Both the position numbers and the translations under genes were made by a program. From the human T2T-CHM13v2.0 reference genome, Homo sapiens: a stretch of DNA of 64,000 nt. The stretch lies in NCBI RefSeq assembly GCF_009914755.1, contig NC_060937.1; one strand, 5' to 3'. Below, piece by piece: positions 63,101 through 64,000 of this stretch (the first letter of the stretch is position 1; every line of letters begins with the position of its first letter). Below the pieces are notes generated by a model, which searched no databases, was not told the DNA's origin, and worked only from the letters and a program-made list of their open reading frames with translations.

Positions 63101-64000
63101 ACCCCAAATATATACTTTATACTGTACATCAAATATCAAAGTTCACAAACTATATATTATATACTGTACATAAAATATCAAAGTACCCATGGTATATATT
63201 CTATACTGTACAAAAAATATCAAAGTACCCAAAGCATGTATTATATACTGTACATAAAATATGAAAGTACATCAAATATATATTTTATTCTGCACATAAA
63301 ATATCAAAGTACACCAGATATATATTCTATAGTGTACATAAAATAACAAAGTACAAAAACTATAAATTATATGCTGTACATAAAATATGAAATTACATCA
63401 AATATATATTAGGTACATAAAATATGAAAGTACATCAAATATAGATTATATACTGTACATAAAATATCAATGTACCCCAAATATATATTTTATACTCTAC
63501 ATGAAATATCAAAGTTCACAAACCATATATTATATACTGTACATAAAATATCAAAGTACCCAAGGTATATATTCTATACTGTACAAAAAATATCAAAGTA
63601 CCCAAAGCATGTATTATATACTGTACATAAAATATGAAAGTACATCAAATATATATTTTATTCTGTACATAAAATATCAAAGTACACCAGATATATATTC
63701 TATAGTGTACATAAAATATCAAAGTACCCAAACTATACATTATATACTGTACATAAAATATGAAATTACATCAAATATATATTATATTAGGTACATAAAA
63801 TATGAAAGCACATCAAATATAGATTATATACTGTACATTAAATACCAAAGTACCCCAAATATATATTTTATACTGTACATCAAATATCAAAGTTCACAAA
63901 CTATATATTATATACTGTACATAAAATATCAAAGTACCCATGGTATATATTCTACACTGTACAAAAAATATCAAAGTACCCAAAGCATGTATTATATACT

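Larger units (their letters stand above)
1..64000. repeat. Human satellite 1A (HSat1A / SAR) tandem array, 42-bp monomer, about 1,520 monomers, single orientation
   Basis: TGTACATAAAATAT(C/G)AAA(G/T)TAC... recurs about every 42 bp throughout the window. Most monomers carry two GTAC sites 17 and 25 bp apart, the classical satellite I A/B subunits. The sequence is very AT-rich and nearly CpG-free. A 378-bp 9-mer HOR, as known for HSat1A, is present. Family assignment is from recognition of the consensus, not a database search. Confidence 0.95.
22222..64000. repeat. HSat1A domain with canonical 9-monomer HOR, mixed 378-bp and 373-bp units (about 110 copies)
   Basis: Monomer order 1-9 translates as QSS, QSTQG, KKYQSTQSM, EST-F, QSTPD, QSTQTIH, EIT-IR, EST-ID, QSTPN. 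Spacings of 373 (43207, 43580, 43953) and 378 are seen. The 373 form lacks ATATT in monomer 7 (ATATATATTAGG vs ATATATATTATATTAGG). Diagnostic variants: TTCTATAC, AGCATGT, CACCAGAT, TATAGTG. Confidence 0.95.

Noticed and set aside
462-63346. More than 150 + strand ORFs encoding 14-aa repeats (IKYQSTQTIHYILY-like), up to 492 aa
   Set aside because: They result from a 42-bp monomer with one stop-poor frame. The frame is broken every HOR by 1- or 5-bp deletions and by random stops, and there is no non-repetitive domain or sign of synonymous-site bias.
1-64000. CRISPR-like pattern (conserved TGTACATAAAATAT core with variable remainder)
   Set aside because: The variable parts are homologous to each other and cycle in fixed order. 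There are no unique spacers, leader or cas genes.
1-64000. Abundant TATA-like boxes and short palindromes (TGTACA, TATATA)
   Set aside because: They are expected from the composition and monomer consensus, and no position-specific regulatory context is visible.
1-64000. Possible inversions, Alu/L1 insertions, alpha satellite/CENP-B boxes, HSat1B or HSat2/3 (CATTC)
   Set aside because: None was seen on reading. The orientation and 42-bp register continue across the window, including across the 22.2-kb junction.

Overview
The whole 64 kb is one uninterrupted, single-orientation tandem array of a ~42-bp AT-rich monomer (about 78-80% AT, estimated from monomer composition; consensus ~TGTACATAAAATATCAAAGTACCCAAACTATACATTATATAC). 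The monomer and its 17+25-bp GTAC-delimited subunits match human/primate classical satellite 1A (HSat1A/SAR), i.e. pericentromeric or acrocentric heterochromatin. I see no genes, RNA genes, mobile elements or CRISPR arrays. All listed ORFs are artefacts of a monomer length divisible by 3 with one stop-poor frame. The informative content is higher-order structure. (1) 1-~22,190 is a homogeneous 587-bp 14-monomer higher-order repeat (HOR), built from the canonical 9-mer plus a 5-mer lacking monomers 2-5. (2) A single 34-bp fused monomer at 22,188-22,221 marks a sharp switch. (3) ~22,222-64,000 is the canonical 9-mer HOR, mixing 378-bp and 373-bp (5-bp deletion) units. It contains nested duplications (1.1-8.5 kb spacing), a distinct 378-only island at ~39.3-43.1 kb, recurrent 126-bp (3-monomer) deletions and duplications, and length-preserving out-of-register conversions. 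I found no evidence of a new protein-coding system; the candidate novelties concern satellite architecture and evolution.
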